Virus record (IMG/VR): IMGVR_UViG_3300026488_000238
Direction: 5' to 3' (one strand)
Length of the DNA stretch: 64,000 bases
Origin: an uncultured virus (IMG/VR IMGVR_UViG_3300026488_000238)
Lineage: Duplodnaviria; Heunggongvirae; Uroviricota; Caudoviricetes
Shown here: positions 62,552-64,000 of the stretch, in pieces
How positions within the stretch are numbered: the stretch's first letter is position 1
Layout of the letters: each line of letters opens with the position of its first letter
Notes under the pieces: model-generated
Database searches by the model: none
Told to the model about the DNA's origin: nothing
The model's input: only the letters and a program-made list of their open reading frames with translations
Program-made: the position numbers and the translations under genes

Positions 62552-64000
62552 GTGGCCAATAAATACTATACGGCGTTTACCGTAATAGAAACGGATAATG
62601 TTGTAGAACATCAGGAAAACATTATCCTTGATCAAACAGTAAGAGAATATCGTTCACCATTTCTTGTTGCTGAGGAAAAAATTATGATACGTGCATCGGA
62701 TAATGTGCACAATGAAATATTTAGCATGTTTGAAAGCTCTCGCATTTTCACAATAGATTCAGAAAATGATGATCTATATTATATTACTATCAACAAGCCG
62801 GATGTAATCAAGAATGTTGCATTTCATTATCGTGAGGCTCTAAAGAAAGTAGATATTAAAGATTTTGATTTCTCTGAATTCTTTAAAGCTGTTATAAATG
62901 ATGTCTTAAAAAATGGTAATATTGTGCGATTTGGTATTGGACTAAATGCAGATAAAATAGCGTGGAATATTGATAACATTGATATATTAGGAGATGTTTC
63001 CTCTCTGCCGGATGCTGCTACACCAGAATTAATAGTACATACGCCACTTAGCAAGGATTTAATAGAAAACAAACAGCTAATTAATCTTAATATTTTCACA
63101 ATCACGCGTAAAGAGAATGACGGCATATACGTATATGTGGCATTAGATACTCCGATTCGTTTCCAAGATACTTTTAAGGTATTCTTAATGGAATTAAAAA
63201 AAGAGAACAAGCCAGTATTCTTTTACTTTTTACCGCCGGGAATTTATCAAGCTTTATTAATGCGTGTGTTTCATACGTGGTTACAAACTTTAGATAAAGT
63301 AGAATTATTATTTGAGTTCCATCATACGATTGCCAAAGAAATATTGGGACACGCTGAACGATCGATAGAGTCATTTAAAACAATAGTTGATAAAGCTCTG
63401 CAAATGAAATTTAATGAGATTAAATTCCGTGTGTTGCATCAAAAAAATGATATACCGCAAAAAGTAAACATATACTTTAGTGATGGCACTCAGCATGTGT
63501 TTTACAAATCAGAATATCTTCCAATTTATTATAAACAGTTTTTATCTCTTATTGAGAATGTAGATATAACACTGGCGCAATTATTAGATAAACCCTATGA
63601 TTTTTCTATAACAATTGGCAACCAAGATTTGCGTGTAGCAACGATACCAATTGGTAGAACAGCGATTCTTGCGCGTAATTCTGGGATTCTTGCACCCTCA
63701 ATGACAGTGAGAATCAGAACAGCGCAGAGTGTGCTTGATTCATTGTATAAAATGGGTCATGCTCCTACCGTTTATCCACGTTTTGCTTTATATATTATGC
63801 CAAATCAATTTTCACCGCGCCCAGTATCTGGCGCTATTTATCTTGCCGGTGAAATGCATTCAGGTAAATCAACATTTGCAATAACATTTCAAAAGATGTT
63901 ATTTAATAAAGGTGTTGTTGACGTATTTGCGATGGAAGACCCGATTGAAGAAGTAGTTGAAGAATTTTCGCAATTTGACTTATCTGTTCAAGCTGAGAGT
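62552..64000 (+). CDS. PilB/GspE-like pilus assembly ATPase, 3'-truncated by the window edge
   Basis: Absent from the ORF track because it has no stop. GTG after AAAGGAGGGG, open for 483 codons: MANKYYTAF...DLRVATIP...MTVRIR...GAIYLAGEMHSGKST...AMEDPIE. Confidence 0.85.
   Translation, partial: MANKYYTAFTVIETDNVVEHQENIILDQTVREYRSPFLVAEEKIMIRASDNVHNEIFSMFESSRIFTIDSENDDLYYITINKPDVIKNVAFHYREALKKVDIKDFDFSEFFKAVINDVLKNGNIVRFGIGLNADKIAWNIDNIDILGDVSSLPDAATPELIVHTPLSKDLIENKQLINLNIFTITRKENDGIYVYVALDTPIRFQDTFKVFLMELKKENKPVFFYFLPPGIYQALLMRVFHTWLQTLDKVELLFEFHHTIAKEILGHAERSIESFKTIVDKALQMKFNEIKFRVLHQKNDIPQKVNIYFSDGTQHVFYKSEYLPIYYKQFLSLIENVDITLAQLLDKPYDFSITIGNQDLRVATIPIGRTAILARNSGILAPSMTVRIRTAQSVLDSLYKMGHAPTVYPRFALYIMPNQFSPRPVSGAIYLAGEMHSGKSTFAITFQKMLFNKGVVDVFAMEDPIEEVVEEFSQFDLSVQAES

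Noticed and set aside
62827..63374. Minus-strand ORFs of 127 and 66 aa in the track
   Set aside because: Antisense to the open PilB-like frame 62552..>64000.

Overview
AT-rich, gene-dense bacterial DNA in standard genetic code, with strong GGAGG ribosome-binding sites and extended -10 promoters. It reads as part of a very large conjugative element (megaplasmid- or giant-ICE-like), not a core chromosome or a phage. Most ORFs are unrecognisable. Recognisable parts: (1) a dispersed, monoderm-style type IV secretion/conjugation set: a tandem VirB2-like pilin candidate, VirB4 ATPase, VirB6-like protein, a 3,267-aa single-pass giant protein and a VirD4/TraG-like coupling ATPase; (2) a divergent type IV pilus set: three prepilin-like genes, PilM/N/O-like membrane proteins, PilT-like and PilB-like ATPases, with the assembly genes in the same apparent operon as the coupling ATPase; (3) housekeeping-type cargo: Cas4/AddB-like Fe-S nuclease, dUTPase, RecA, thymidine kinase, FtsH, NAD-dependent ligase and a CHC2 zinc-finger protein; (4) five CCA-encoding tRNAs, four with C34 anticodons, in two convergent clusters bracketing four large unknown genes; (5) an orphan 89-aa FlgB/FlgC-like mini rod protein. 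No CRISPR array, integrase, relaxase, rRNA or virion genes were seen. All family assignments come from motif recognition by eye; no database searches were run.
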